DNA from: Promethearchaeota archaeon
GTDB taxonomy: Archaea; Asgardarchaeota; Lokiarchaeia; Sigyniarchaeales; SOKP01
Length of the DNA: 15,953 nucleotides
Direction of reading: 5' to 3'
Assembly: GCA_048941265.1 (NCBI GenBank)
Contig: JBHLNT010000092.1
Span: forward strand, 1 to 15,953
Part shown: positions 14,979 through 15,953 of the stretch, one piece after another
How positions within the stretch are numbered: the first letter of the stretch is position 1
Layout of the letters: every line of letters starts with the position of its first letter
Notes under the pieces: generated by a model
Database searches by the model: none
What the model was told of the DNA's origin: nothing
The model's input: only the letters and a program-made list of their open reading frames with translations
Program-made: the position numbers and the translations under genes

Positions 14979-15953
14979 TTAGTCGATCATTCGCAGTTTC
15001 TTGCCCCTTCCCTTCATGTCATCTATCTTTCCCGTGTTTTGCAAAGTGTCAATTGCTCTAATCTTATCTTTCATCTTACCCTTGATTTTCTTATAAATCT
15101 TACTTTTAGGTAAATTTTCAATGTCTCCATCGAGCATTTCAACGCCCATTTTCAAGCTGTTTAAGTTAATGAAATCCGTTGGATCGACAACATCCTTGAG
15201 AGAGTTTGATAATAGATAGATACTTTTGTTTTTATCCCTTATAGGTCGGATTCTATGCATGGCTTGAAGTTCTTCTGCCTTTTCAAACCATTCTACTTCT
15301 TTCATGTTATATCCTCTTAATCCCAGCAACATTTGAACCGCTGGTGTGAGTCCAAATCTTCCAAAAACAATGATATTTTCGCAATCTTCGTGCTTATTAT
15401 AACCTCTGCTGTCTCCATAATGACCCGTCTTTACTTCGGGAAATTTCTCAATGAAATGACTTTCAAATTCCTTTTTAGTATAAATCAAAGTTTTATCATT
15501 CATTGGGATGTTTAAAACTCGAAAGTAATTTTCCGCATTTTCCAGTTCTTCTTCAGTTTTCACCTTAGTCATTAGGTCTTCCAGTAGAAATATTCTGTTT
15601 TCCAGCGTTTCCCCATCTAAGATAACAATATCAAATTCCCGATTGAATATTTTCTGAGCAACGGATAATTTCGTTGTAGCACAGTTAAAAACAACTGTTT
15701 CAACTTGCTGTAAGAAATTTAGTGGGGTATCTCCAATAATAACATGATTTCCGTTATCATCTTCTACAGCATAAATATTGTCTAACGTATCATAATTGTA
15801 TTTGAAAAAATGTTCTTCTAAGGATTCAGGTTCAAAATCATCCATTTCAAGCGTTTTATAGAGGGTAAAATAACAACCCCTCTGTCCTCTGTGTTCTTTT
15901 CGCCAGTCTGAACACTTATTTCTACAAATGCATGTATTACAGTTTACCCTTTC
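14979..15953 (-). CDS. SF2 helicase-like protein of mobile-element type; its 5' end lies outside the window
   Basis: The frame stays open from 15845 to the window edge (ERVNCNTCICRNKCSDW...GCYF). VVFNCAT is motif III-like, HYGDSRGYN...IIVFG is motif V-like and EELQAMHRIR is motif VI-like. Confidence 0.65.
   Translation of the reverse strand, partial: ERVNCNTCICRNKCSDWRKEHRGQRGCYFTLYKTLEMDDFEPESLEEHFFKYNYDTLDNIYAVEDDNGNHVIIGDTPLNFLQQVETVVFNCATTKLSVAQKIFNREFDIVILDGETLENRIFLLEDLMTKVKTEEELENAENYFRVLNIPMNDKTLIYTKKEFESHFIEKFPEVKTGHYGDSRGYNKHEDCENIIVFGRFGLTPAVQMLLGLRGYNMKEVEWFEKAEELQAMHRIRPIRDKNKSIYLLSNSLKDVVDPTDFINLNSLKMGVEMLDGDIENLPKSKIYKKIKGKMKDKIRAIDTLQNTGKIDDMKGRGKKLRMID

Overview
AT-rich window, probably archaeal. 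GGTGA/GAGATG ribosome-binding motifs, TTTAAATA boxes, SDS22-type LRR proteins and ubiquitin-like domains suggest Asgard/Lokiarchaeia (inference). It holds two copies, 10.8 kb apart, of one module: a minus-strand gene with a conserved N-terminal ubiquitin-like (Ubl) domain fused to a variable C-terminus, facing away from an RHH/wHTH regulator and a tyrosine recombinase. Copy 1 (1100-2347) ends in a Zn-ribbon plus PD-(D/E)xK nuclease. Copy 2 (11535-13136) ends in a CxE...CxxC deaminase-like toxin domain. Each is followed by co-oriented small or LRR genes (candidate immunity), delimited by a GC-rich ~28-35 bp repeat found 4 times. The 5' ends of the two Ubl genes share a perfect 39-bp direct repeat (2298-2336 and 13096-13134), a candidate attL/attR of a 10.8-kb element integrating inside the toxin gene. 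Together this looks like an integrase-mobilised, ubiquitin-tagged polymorphic toxin/immunity system. Also present: a ParE/RelE toxin-antitoxin pair, a possible SSB, a three-gene operon ending in an aspartyl protease, and a truncated SF2-like helicase. All assignments come from reading motifs by eye, with no database search.
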